From: an uncultured Candidatus Micrarchaeota archaeon
Lineage (GTDB): Archaea; Micrarchaeota; Micrarchaeia; Anstonellales; Bilamarchaeaceae
Length of the DNA: 64,000 bases
Direction: 5' to 3'
NCBI GenBank assembly: GCA_963714085.1
Contig: OY970229.1
Location: 224,001-288,000 of the forward strand
In this document: in pieces, positions 1-9,381 of the stretch
Layout of the letters: the number at the start of each line of letters is the position of its first letter
Numbering within the stretch: position 1 is the first letter of the stretch
Translations under genes and position numbers: made by a program
The notes under the pieces: generated by a model
The model's input: only the letters and a program-made list of their open reading frames with translations
Told to the model about the DNA's origin: nothing
The model's database searches: none

Positions 1-1
1 A

Positions 2-2218
2 GGTCTCTTCGGGGTCCTGGTAGTCGCCCCAATATTCCTTCTCACACTGCGGGGACGTTATTACGACAGCTTAAGGCCAGGTAATTCCGAAAGAGCTCCT
101 TGGTATGCCATCATACCAATCATAATCCTTTTGGGCCTTCTTGTTTACCATGCGGAATTCGGGCTGAAAACGCTCGCGGACGTAGTGGTGGTGATACTGC
201 TCCTCACCCACTGGATGACACCATATCCGCTCTTCATGGGATCGTGGATACTCGGATGGGTCGTGATTATCGCGTGCCTGGGAATCTACATAAAGCGCGT
301 CTACTTCAGCAAGCCCAAGAGGGCCAGAGGCATAAGCCTGGGAACCGCGTACCAGCATTACGTCAACACGCTCCGCTATTCGTCAGCGGTCGGGCCGCTG
401 GAGATCCCGAAGGACAAGCCGGAGGTGGCTGGCGAGACGAAAGAGTTCGTCCTGGATTACGCCGGACAACCCAACCCGCACGCATTGATTCTCGGCGGCT
501 CGGGCTCTGGCAAGACTACGACGCTGCGCGCTTTCCTAGTGAGAGCATCGCTGGAGTACAACATGAAGTTTTTGATAATAGACTGGAACGGGGAGAGTGA
601 GGGCTGGGCCCAGAACATAAACGCCACGGTCTGGAAGGCGGGGAAGCATTTCAAGATAAACCCGTTCCTGCTGCGGGGCTCGAGCGAGGCGGACAGGGCG
701 AGCAGCATAGCCGAGCTATTCCAGTTCGGCGCGCACCTGACGCCCCTGCAGTCGAACATGATAAGGAACATAGTCATGGCCCATTACCAGGCCAAGGAGA
801 CGCCCCTGCTGGTCGACATCTGGAAGGACATCAACCGCATATGCAAGGACTGGAAGCAGACCAGAGAGCAGAGGCAGTACGCCAACTGGATAGACCAGCG
901 CTTGAGGTCCGTGCAGCGCGCGTTCGGAACCGAGCCTGAGGAGTTCTGGGACAATGTGCTCAGCCGGAACAACATAATCAGCCTGACCGGGCTGAACGAG
1001 TGGGAGAAGAGCATAATCGCGTACTCCGTCTTCCAGAGGATCGTGGAGCTATTCAACGCGCAGCCGGAGCAGAACAGAAGCGTCCGGCTGCTGGTAGTCC
1101 TAGACGACGCCTGGTCCGTGCTCCAGCCGCAGAAGCAGGAGGACCAGGTGTTCGAGTCGCTGCCCAGCCAGGTGGTCAGGCTGGGGAGGAAGTACGGGTT
1201 CGGAATGGTCGTGAGCACGCAAGAGATGGGCGATCTGCCGCAGCCGTTCGTGAACTCCAGCGCCATAAAGGTCATACACAACTACCGGGACGTGGACTTC
1301 CTGCGCAAGGCGAGGAGCGCGTTCGGCCTGGGGGAGCTGGAGACTGCCTACCTCCAGACCGCCGCCACTGGCGAGGGGTTCGTGTTCGACCAGCTGCGCG
1401 CGCAGAACGGCCAGAGCTTCGCGGATTACGTCAAGGTCCGTCCGCTCGATGAGTTTGAACTGCAGAGGATGAGGGGGAAGGAGACCGCGTTCATGCCTGA
1501 GATGCTCAGCGAACCGGAGATGGTTATCGACCTGGCGGCTTTCGGTCCTGGACGGGGCGAAGCGAAAACGAAGAAGTTGCATTGGCCGCCGCCCATGGAC
1601 AGGCCGACGCCCCCCATGTTCGCCGGATTGCTGGCGATTTACAACAACAAGGGAAAAACGAAGTCCGAATTGGCAAAGATAATCAAAGAAGGCGGCATAG
1701 TGACGAGCCACCCTACGATTTATGGGTTCGCTGGGAGCCCGGGCATATTCGAGATATTGGTGAAGCTGGGTTTCGCGGTGCAGGACAACGATATTTTCAC
1801 ACTGACGGATAAGGGTCTCAAATGGGTCGACCCGGAGCGGATCCTCGACACCGACCGGCTGAGGGTAGGCGGCAGCCTGCACGAGCAGACTCTGGTGCAG
1901 ACGATCAAGGAATTGCACGCGAAGAACCTGCTGGTCGTAGTCCCGCTGCCTGAGAAGGTCGATGAATCCGGGTTGGCGGACAGCGTCGACCTGATGGCTT
2001 ATCCATTCGACGAGAAGAGGAAGGCCCTGTGGAAGGACGATATGAGGAGGGGCTACGAGATACAGACAGGCGCCCTCAACAGGGTGATAGTGGACCATGC
2101 CAAGAATGCGGAGAAATACGGCGTTCCGCTGACGTGGGTGTCCTGGGACCAGGGCGTGCTGGACGCAATAAGGAAGATACGCGGTGAAAAAGACATGTAT
2201 ATGTTAGTCCGGATATGA
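2..2218 (+). CDS. Membrane-anchored HerA/FtsK/VirB4-like P-loop ATPase with a C-terminal winged helix and putative PD-(D/E)xK domain; 5'-partial
   Basis: Walker A GGSGSGKT, IIDWNGE, Walker B LLVVLDDAW, RLGRKYG..STQ motif; hydrophobic N-terminus; the frame is open back to the window edge. Confidence 0.8.
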   Translation, partial: GLFGVLVVAPIFLLTLRGRYYDSLRPGNSERAPWYAIIPIIILLGLLVYHAEFGLKTLADVVVVILLLTHWMTPYPLFMGSWILGWVVIIACLGIYIKRVYFSKPKRARGISLGTAYQHYVNTLRYSSAVGPLEIPKDKPEVAGETKEFVLDYAGQPNPHALILGGSGSGKTTTLRAFLVRASLEYNMKFLIIDWNGESEGWAQNINATVWKAGKHFKINPFLLRGSSEADRASSIAELFQFGAHLTPLQSNMIRNIVMAHYQAKETPLLVDIWKDINRICKDWKQTREQRQYANWIDQRLRSVQRAFGTEPEEFWDNVLSRNNIISLTGLNEWEKSIIAYSVFQRIVELFNAQPEQNRSVRLLVVLDDAWSVLQPQKQEDQVFESLPSQVVRLGRKYGFGMVVSTQEMGDLPQPFVNSSAIKVIHNYRDVDFLRKARSAFGLGELETAYLQTAATGEGFVFDQLRAQNGQSFADYVKVRPLDEFELQRMRGKETAFMPEMLSEPEMVIDLAAFGPGRGEAKTKKLHWPPPMDRPTPPMFAGLLAIYNNKGKTKSELAKIIKEGGIVTSHPTIYGFAGSPGIFEILVKLGFAVQDNDIFTLTDKGLKWVDPERILDTDRLRVGGSLHEQTLVQTIKELHAKNLLVVVPLPEKVDESGLADSVDLMAYPFDEKRKALWKDDMRRGYEIQTGALNRVIVDHAKNAEKYGVPLTWVSWDQGVLDAIRKIRGEKDMYMLVRI

Positions 2219-2300
2219 CGCGTCAGCCGAGGCCAAAGGACGATGCGTGGTGAAGTTTACCGAGCTGAAGGAGATCGCCGCTAAGTCGTGAGGTATTTCC

Positions 2301-2594
2301 ATGGGGTTTATCATCGAAACAACTTGCAATGATTGCAAGGAGATATTCGAGCTATGGGACGGCGGAGGCCGTCGCTTCATTGCTATCCATTGCGATACTT
2401 GCGGAAGCAAAAAAGCAATGATGCTCGCAGATCTCAGGGAAAAAGGCATCGACTACCGAGACAAAAAAACTATCGAAGAACTTGCCGGGAAGTGCGAGTG
2501 CGGAGGTTCATTCAGATTCAATACCCCCAATCGATGCCCGAAGTGCAGATCGACGAATATAACCTTAGGGAAGCAGTTGGGCACATTCAGTTAG
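2301..2594 (+). CDS. Small zinc-ribbon protein
   Basis: CxxC, CxxC, CxC and CxxC motifs; GAGGT RBS upstream. Confidence 0.7.
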   Translation: MGFIIETTCNDCKEIFELWDGGGRRFIAIHCDTCGSKKAMMLADLREKGIDYRDKKTIEELAGKCECGGSFRFNTPNRCPKCRSTNITLGKQLGTFS

Positions 2595-2760
2595 GAACTA
2601 TCCGTGATTTTTAACCTTTACGGTCAAGAACGAGTTATAAGGGCGATTGATCCTGGGCAGGCGATTCAATATGAGAAGGCGCTGGCCGGAGTCAGGGGCG
2701 TCGCCGTGGTGAAGTTCACGGGTTGGTGAATTTGGATGCAACGTTATTGTCCTATCCATA

Positions 2761-2888
2761 GGACAAGATTCGCATATTTTGTTCTACCAATAGGACAAGA
2801 TTCGCATATTTTGTTCTACCAATAGGACAAGATTCGCATATTTTGTTCTACCAATAGGACAAGATTCGCATATTTTGTTCTACCAATA
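2761..2888. repeat. Four exact tandem copies of a 32-bp unit (GGACAAGATTCGCATATTTTGTTCTACCAATA)
   Basis: Copies start at 2761, 2793, 2825 and 2857; each junction forms the near-palindrome TTGTTCTA-CCAA-TAGGACAA. Confidence 0.95.
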
Positions 2889-3313
2889 GAACAGCACGGA
2901 TGAGCCCGTCGCCCGCGAGTCGGCGCTCGCGCTAGGGGTCGATGAAAAAGAAAAATGCTGTCTCTTGAAGGACGGCAAGATGATAGGATGAACTGAGTTT
3001 TTTGCGATAGCAATAGGCCTTTAGTAACCACCGGCTGAAACGCTCGGTTGCCCTAACGTCTTACACCGTGGTCCTATCGAACGGATCTGCTATCCGCGGC
3101 ATATGCCCCCTCGTTTTGAGATACGCTTCGACCTTAGATGCGTTCAGGTCTTATCGCACTAGCGCGTGGCTGCCCGGCAGTGCCAAATGACAACCGGTAG
3201 ACTAGAGGCGCCGAATCCCCGTTCCTCTCGTACTCAGGGATCCTTTCTCTCAAGGGGCAACACTCCCAGGAGATACTACCATACTGTCTCGCGACGTATT
3301 GAACCCAGCTCAT

Positions 3314-3359
3314 TTTCCCTACGTTAGATCCCCCAAGGTAAGCGGGGGAAAAGACGTAT
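3314..3359 (-). other. 23S rRNA BHB-type intron, 46 nt, after about E. coli C2573 (H90/H92)
   Basis: RNA reads UCCC-ACA-UACGU...ACGUA-GGGA-AAA; cutting after the 2nd bulge nt restores UUAAA-AUCCC-ACA-UGAG, and AUCCC pairs with the upstream GGGAU of H90. Confidence 0.85.
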
Positions 3360-3455
3360 GTGGGATTTTAATGGATGAACAACCCAACCCTTGGCAGGTC
3401 CTACCCTACCAGGATATCCCAAGCCGACAGCGATGTACCAAACCGCGGGGTCGAT

Positions 3456-3504
3456 ATATACGTACGACTAGTCATGTATGAAAAAAACGAATGACTGCGT
3501 CGCT
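3456..3504 (-). other. 23S rRNA BHB-type intron, 49 nt, after about E. coli 2477 (H89)
   Basis: GUAC-ACA ... GUAU-AUA motif; splicing gives GAGAGUACACAUCGAC, colinear with AAGAGUUCAUAUCGAC. Confidence 0.85.
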
Positions 3505-4032
3505 GTGTACTCTCACCCGCGACGAGCCTGTTACCTCCAGGGTAGCTTGTCTGACAGCTTGAATCCCCATCAAAAGGATTTCAAGGTTCGTTAGGCCCGA
3601 CTTTCGTCTCTGCGTTTCACGCTTTTAGAAACACAGTCAGCCAGACATTTGTCCTTAACCCTCTACTCCCGATTTCTGACCGGGATGAGTCTGACATTGG
3701 GCGCCCTTGTTTCTCTTTCGAGGGCGTACCGCCCCAGCCAAACTATCCACCTGACGCTGTCCTTTTTCAAGTAGAGCAATACGAGATGAACTAAGTGGTG
3801 TAACACTTTCGCCTATCCATACCCCGGAAGGCATGGCTTAACGGCTCCCACTTACTCTTGGTAGCCCATCTCATATCACAACATCAGGCTATAGTAAAGC
3901 TCCATGGAGTCTTCGTTTCCCTCTGGGAGATACCGGCATCTTCACCGGTCAGTGAGTTCACCAGGTCCCGTGCAGGGACATTGGGAGAGTCGTTACGCCA
4001 TTCATGCAAGCCGCCAATTAAGCGGCGAGGTA

Positions 4033-4168
4033 ATACGTCAAGGCCATCCTTTCTAAAAGGATTACCGAGGATCTCGCTACTCAATCTCATGGGCAACTTG
4101 CTTTCTAGGGCAACTCCTTCGCGCTCTCAAGGCATCCTCATATGTGAATATAAGGTCGATAGCCTTGT
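4033..4168 (-). other. 23S rRNA BHB-type intron, 136 nt, after about E. coli A1938
   Basis: GCGU-AAA-CAAGGC ... GCCUUG-ACGU-AUU; splicing gives GGUAGCGUAAUACCUCG, the same length as GGUAGCGAAAUUCCUUG. Confidence 0.85.
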
Positions 4169-6384
4169 TTACGCTACCTTAAGAGGGTCAGAGTTACCCC
4201 CGCTCTTTACTGGTCCTTTTTCGGGTTGAAACCCGCTTTCAGATACCAGCAGTGGGCAGGCGTCAGCCATCATACTCAGCCTTTCGGCCCTGCGATGACC
4301 TGTGTTTTTGGTAAACAGTCGCTCTCCCCTTGTTACTGAGACCACCGCCTTGCTCAGGCGATGGCACCCCTTATACCAAAGGTACGGGGCTAACTTGCCG
4401 AATTCCCTTGCTCGGGTTGTCCTGACACACCTTAGCCTTCTCAGCTAGAGCACCTGTACTAGTTCTCGGTACGGTTGCAGAGGGTCGTTCCGCTCCACTT
4501 TTCATGGGCCCCTGGATTTGATGGAATTGCCCCTTCGGCTTTCACCTGCTTCTCCTCACAATGAGACTCCACAGGCCTACATCCTACAGACATCTTGCGA
4601 TGCTCCACCTATCCGAAGGCGTCATGGAAACGGCTTGCGTTGCCGCGCCTACCTCCGCAGGGTCGGAATATTAACCGACTTCCCTGATTTCGGGCTTCAG
4701 GAATTGCCTTGGCCCTTAGGACCGCCTAACCCTCAGCTGAAGAACGTTGCTGAGGAATCCTTGCTCTATAAGGTGTCCAGAATTCTCGTCTGGATATGCT
4801 GCTACTAACACCAAGATATTCATAACAGGACGCTCCACACGACGTTACCGCCGTGCTTCTGCGCGACCCGTTCGCCCCCCTACTCGCATGCTTTTGGCAT
4901 CGGTGAGGTATCGGAAGCTGGTTTGAGCCCCGTGAATTTTCAGAGCCTGCACCCTCGATCGGTCCGCTGTTACGCGTTGTTTAAAGGATGGCTGCTTCTA
5001 AGCCTACCTCCCGATTGTTTTTGGATGGAAACTCCTTTACGATTAACACTTAACCAGCATTTAGGGCCCTTAGCCTCACGTATGGTCGTTCCCATACAGG
5101 CCCTCAGGCTTACCCCGAGGAACCCAACTGCCTCCTTCTACGAAGATATGGCATTCGGAGTTTGAGAGGATGGCGACCCCTTTCGGAGCCATTCCGCCCA
5201 ATCGGTGCTCTACCGCCATATCGTTCTCCAGAGACGCTGTGCTGAGACACATTTCGGAGGGAACCCGCTATCGCCGTGTTCGACAGGACTATCACCCCTA
5301 CACCCAAGTCACCTAAGTGGAATATACCAACATTAGTTGCGGGCCTCCATTGGTCGTCAGACCAACTTCGCCCTGCTCGGGTGTAGCTCACAACGGCTTC
5401 GGGTCTGTTAAGGGTGACTGATCGCGATTTACCACGACGCCCCTCGCGCATTGCTGCGTTGCGGGCACTCGCTTTCGCTTCGACTTTCATCTCGCCACAC
5501 CTAATAACTCCTTGGCTCTTGCTTCGAGAAGAAAGATACAACACTGGTGGAACCGTGTCGCTTGCGGCGTTGCCACCGTTCGCTTCCACGGTCATAAACC
5601 CTTTCATGCCGTACCATTCTGTGACCACATAATTTCAGGTTCTTTTGACACCGCTTCCGCGGTGCTTTTCAGCATTCGCTCGCGCTACTATTTCGCTATC
5701 GGTCTGAGGCCCCATGTTTAGATTTGGAGGTTGATGCCCCCACCTTCACGTCCCCTATCCGAGGGATGCTACTCTTCATGGTTCGCCCCCCTTTCCTTCG
5801 CATACGAGGCTATCACTCGCTATGGCACGGCATTCCAGCCGACTTCTGCTCGGAAAGAGGATACTACCCGCTACATCTACTCCGACGTTACCGCCGAAGA
5901 ATTCAGCGTGATCTGTCCGGCTTTCAATCGCTTTTACTTACCGGATCGCATTGCTTTCTCTTCCTTCCCCTACTAAGATGCTTCATTTCGGGGAATTGCT
6001 GCACTCTTACGTGCGCCGCCAAACCCCGGGATCGCAGACTGCGTGCGTCTCCCCCGGGCTTATCGCAGCTTGCCGCGTGGCCCTGCGGGCCTCAGCCAAG
6101 CCATCCACTATGTGGCGTAGCAAATTTGCATATCGCTACTAAACTCACTTCAGTAAAAATACCCGGATTTCTCCAGATAAATCTCCTAAAATCTTGCCGT
6201 CACTTCACACGCATCACAGCGCGCCGCACGAGGCGGCCCGCAGGCAACGGCGCAATCTGGCGCCGTCGCAGATTCCCCGAATCACGGGGAGAGACAGAAT
6301 ACTCGCTCTGGGTCCATGCATCTCTCATGCTCCGAGGAGCATACTCGACGTACAAACGAGCGGTAACCCAATAGTATGATTATA

Positions 6385-6402
6385 CTCCTTTATAAAGGTT
6401 TG
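6385..6402 (-). promoter_or_regulatory. Probable TATA box of the 23S rRNA transcript
   Basis: TTTATAAA ~260 bp upstream of the 23S 5' end. Confidence 0.5.
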
Positions 6403-6431
6403 GTTGGAATCTCGTGTAGAAGGGTGATTTA

Positions 6432-6860
6432 GTGCCAAGTGGTTTGATGTCAAGTGGTTTGCTGTTGAGAAAAAATTCGTATAATATTTGGGGGGGCGGG
6501 ACTAGTCAGAAGACTAAAAGAAAGAAATTTTCCCGTACTGTCGAGAAAACGATATATCAGAAATATCATGGTAAATGTGCGATATGTGGAAAAACTGTAG
6601 AGTTTGATTACGGGGAAGTCGACCATATTACCCCATTAGCAAAAGGCGGCTCGAACAGACCGAGCAATTTGCAATGGTTATGTCATCGTTGCAATAAGAT
6701 AAAAGGCAGTAGTAAAACAAATGCCCAGGTGAAAGAGTTGCTCGGCATTAAAACAAAAAGCAAACAAAAGAAGAAAACTGCTGGACGAAGGCCCGTTAGA
6801 AAAAGGCAAGTTAACGCCTTTGGGTTCGAGCCGATTCGAATGCCGAAACTCAGGATCTAG
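6432..6860 (+). CDS. HNH endonuclease (McrA-like, zinc-binding)
   Basis: CAICG..EVDHITPLAKGGSNRPSNLQWLCHRCNKIK; GGTGA RBS before GTG; AT-rich. Confidence 0.9.
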   Translation: MPSGLMSSGLLLRKNSYNIWGGGTSQKTKRKKFSRTVEKTIYQKYHGKCAICGKTVEFDYGEVDHITPLAKGGSNRPSNLQWLCHRCNKIKGSSKTNAQVKELLGIKTKSKQKKKTAGRRPVRKRQVNAFGFEPIRMPKLRI

Positions 6861-7125
6861 TACTCAAACTCAACTCTTTCTCTCCTTTTCGGCTTTCTAT
6901 GTGCAGCAAACTGAACCGACTCACCGTCTCTAGTCTCGAACTCAACCGGCCTTTTGGTTTTGGTCCTTTCGCTTCTAGCTAAAAACGATGCTTTTGCCAT
7001 GGTATAATATTATGATTAAGAATATTTAAACGTTTCATTATTTGATCCTCCCTAGACGCTCGCATCAGCCCGCGCCATGCGACCCCAGGCAGCATTATAA
7101 ATCCTCATACATACAATTATATTAT

Positions 7126-8160
7126 ATGACACTTAGTGTTGACCTCCGGAAGATGCCGCTCGAGACGCAGGCGAAGATGATCATAGCCCGCGACCCGGAC
7201 TGCCTCCACGGCTTTCTGGCATCGCATCCTTCGATGAGACACCCCATATGCGCCGCTGCCTATGACCTGGGTTACCGCGAGTTCGCGGTCAGGAACGCGC
7301 CGCTCCTGGACGCGGCGTTGGAAGGGATGAGGGGGAAGCTGGTCGCGCATGCGAAGGAGGTCTGCGGCACATCGGCGCCGGTCGACATGGTCGTCCGGTT
7401 ATCCACGATACCCATAAGGAACAGGGGCGTGCTTTACGAGAGGCGCGAGCCGCTGCTCAGGATGAATTTCAGCGACGGCAAAGCCGCGTACTGCAAATCG
7501 AGGAACGCGCTCCAGGAGTCCGTCGGCCTGAAGCTGCTGGCCGAAGTCGGCCTGCCCGCGTATTCATCCGCGCTGTGCGACGGCTGGATAGTCCTGGAAG
7601 GGGTGGAGGGAAGGGCCCTGACCGACCATGTGCTGTTCCCCGGAGCGGACACTGCCTCGATCACCGGCAACCGGGACGCGCTGCTGGACAACATAATCGC
7701 GGTGGTGGCGTTCGACCGCATCTTCGGGATGGTGGACAGGAACGAGCGGGGCCTGGTCATAAGCCATAGCGCCCGCGTGACCGCGATCGACCATGAGTAC
7801 CTGCTCGTCTACCCGAAACTGGGCGCGGCTGGGAAGGACCTCCCGGCCCAAGGGAGGGACCTGCTGAATTTCGGGCTCTATCTCAACGAGATCGGGATCG
7901 GGCTGAGCGTCCCGGACCATCTCGCGGGCGCGGCCAAGGTCTTCAGGCTCGCCAGGGAGCGCATGGGCGCCATCGCCGCCATCCTGGGCGATTATGTGGA
8001 TTCCAAAAAGCCGGTCGTGGACATGACGATTGGGCAGGTCAGGCTAGGCAGGGACATCGTCGCGAACGCGCAAAGGATCATCGAGGGAGGTCTGGAAAGC
8101 TTTTCCGCGGTCCTGGCCGCGCAGATGGACGAGATGGGAAAAGAGGGTTTTGCGCCCTGA
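7126..8160 (+). CDS. Atypical kinase-fold protein (HipA/PI3-PI4 kinase-like)
   Basis: AYCK, FDRIFGMVDRNERG and AIDHE resemble the D..DRH..N / IDH motifs; TATA-like TTATAAA ~30 bp before the ATG. Confidence 0.5.
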   Translation: MTLSVDLRKMPLETQAKMIIARDPDCLHGFLASHPSMRHPICAAAYDLGYREFAVRNAPLLDAALEGMRGKLVAHAKEVCGTSAPVDMVVRLSTIPIRNRGVLYERREPLLRMNFSDGKAAYCKSRNALQESVGLKLLAEVGLPAYSSALCDGWIVLEGVEGRALTDHVLFPGADTASITGNRDALLDNIIAVVAFDRIFGMVDRNERGLVISHSARVTAIDHEYLLVYPKLGAAGKDLPAQGRDLLNFGLYLNEIGIGLSVPDHLAGAAKVFRLARERMGAIAAILGDYVDSKKPVVDMTIGQVRLGRDIVANAQRIIEGGLESFSAVLAAQMDEMGKEGFAP

Positions 8161-8264
8161 GTGGTTTAACCTGTGCGCCGATTTCCCTGGCTGATCCCAC
8201 GCGTCCCGCCATGGTTTTTCTGGAAGCGCGCCGTGGCCGCCGGGAAAAATGATTGAAAGAGCGC

Positions 8265-9122
8265 TCAGAACCGGAACAGGACCCGATTTATATCGCGCTC
8301 CACGGATTTGAGCGCCTCCTCTATGACTGTGCACGCTGCCGCGGCCTCGTCGAGGAACTCCTGCGGCTCGAGCACCCGCTCGGCGTCCGCCGGCTTCCTG
8401 GCCTTCCTGGGCAGCATGTCTATCCCTGTCAATATAATCGGCACGGCCAGCAGGGCCGCGGTCACGGCAAGCGACTTGAACAGGTTCTCCTTCAGGCTGC
8501 CTTTGGCGAGCAGCAGCTCGTAACCGAAGACCGGCAGGGAGACTGTGCCGGCAGCCACGAACCAGCTCAAATGGTCCGACGGGACTCTGTACCTGCCCGC
8601 CAACCACGTGTTCGCTTCAGGAGCGTGGTGATGCCTGAATTTAATTTTACCGCCTGATGAATAGTCGGAGATGCTGACGACGTCCCTCCTCCTGCCATCT
8701 ATCACTATAACCTGCGACGTGCCGGACTTCACGATCGCCGCGCTGCGCACGTTCCTGCGCGCGCCGTACCACTTCCTGCGCGGCCTGGATGATGCGACGG
8801 TCTCGGCGTAATCGAGCGCCGACTTCATGGACCAGTAATCGTAGGGATAGTGTTGCTTGACACTCTGCGCAGATTGCACGACGCCGAGCTTGGCCGAGTC
8901 CAGCGCTGATTTCACGGACAAGAAGTGCTCGTAGGAGCACTGTAGAACGGGACCCTGCGTAGAATCCACGACGGGGATTTTGGCGAACATATCGGACGCG
9001 TCCTTGTAAACGCTCAGCCTGTGCCTCAGCTGGAACAACGAACCGAAGGTCGCTGAGAAGCCTGAGTCGTACGCCTTGGCCTGGGCTCCGGCAATCGCTT
9101 TGATAGATAGCATCTCGGTCAT
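8265..9122 (-). CDS. Hypothetical membrane protein
   Basis: 285-aa ORF with two C-terminal hydrophobic segments. Confidence 0.65.
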   Translation of the reverse strand: MTEMLSIKAIAGAQAKAYDSGFSATFGSLFQLRHRLSVYKDASDMFAKIPVVDSTQGPVLQCSYEHFLSVKSALDSAKLGVVQSAQSVKQHYPYDYWSMKSALDYAETVASSRPRRKWYGARRNVRSAAIVKSGTSQVIVIDGRRRDVVSISDYSSGGKIKFRHHHAPEANTWLAGRYRVPSDHLSWFVAAGTVSLPVFGYELLLAKGSLKENLFKSLAVTAALLAVPIILTGIDMLPRKARKPADAERVLEPQEFLDEAAAACTVIEEALKSVERDINRVLFRF

Positions 9123-9381
9123 GCATAAAATGATGTGGTACCACCTTTTTATACCTTCTGCAATCTAAGGTGGAGGGGCGGACCGCGTCACCGGCTCTTC
9201 TGGAAAGCATGCCGTTGTTTTACCAGAGAATGCTGGAGGAAGACTCTCCGGGCAGCCCGGGATCCGGAGTTTTTTGTCATCGCAATGATGGACGTCATTC
9301 CTGAATTTTGGTCGATGTGTCCACAAATAATGTTTTTTCGTAAAATGTAGACATATAGACTTTTGCAGCGCGCTGCGGTTC

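Larger units (their letters stand above)
3012..6125 (-). rRNA. rrl: Archaeal 23S rRNA with three introns (ends approximate)
   Basis: Reverse complements of conserved LSU motifs: sarcin-ricin loop (ttcctctcgtact ~3222), gaacccagctca, ctaccttaagagggtca, gccgaattccct, ggatggctgcttctaagcc; flanking processing stem ~2989-3013 / ~6126-6152. Confidence 0.97.

Noticed and set aside
2761..2888. CRISPR array
   Set aside because: Units are contiguous and identical with no unique spacers; no cas genes in the window
3299..6379. ORFs listed within the 23S region
   Set aside because: They overlap conserved rRNA or its leader; spurious
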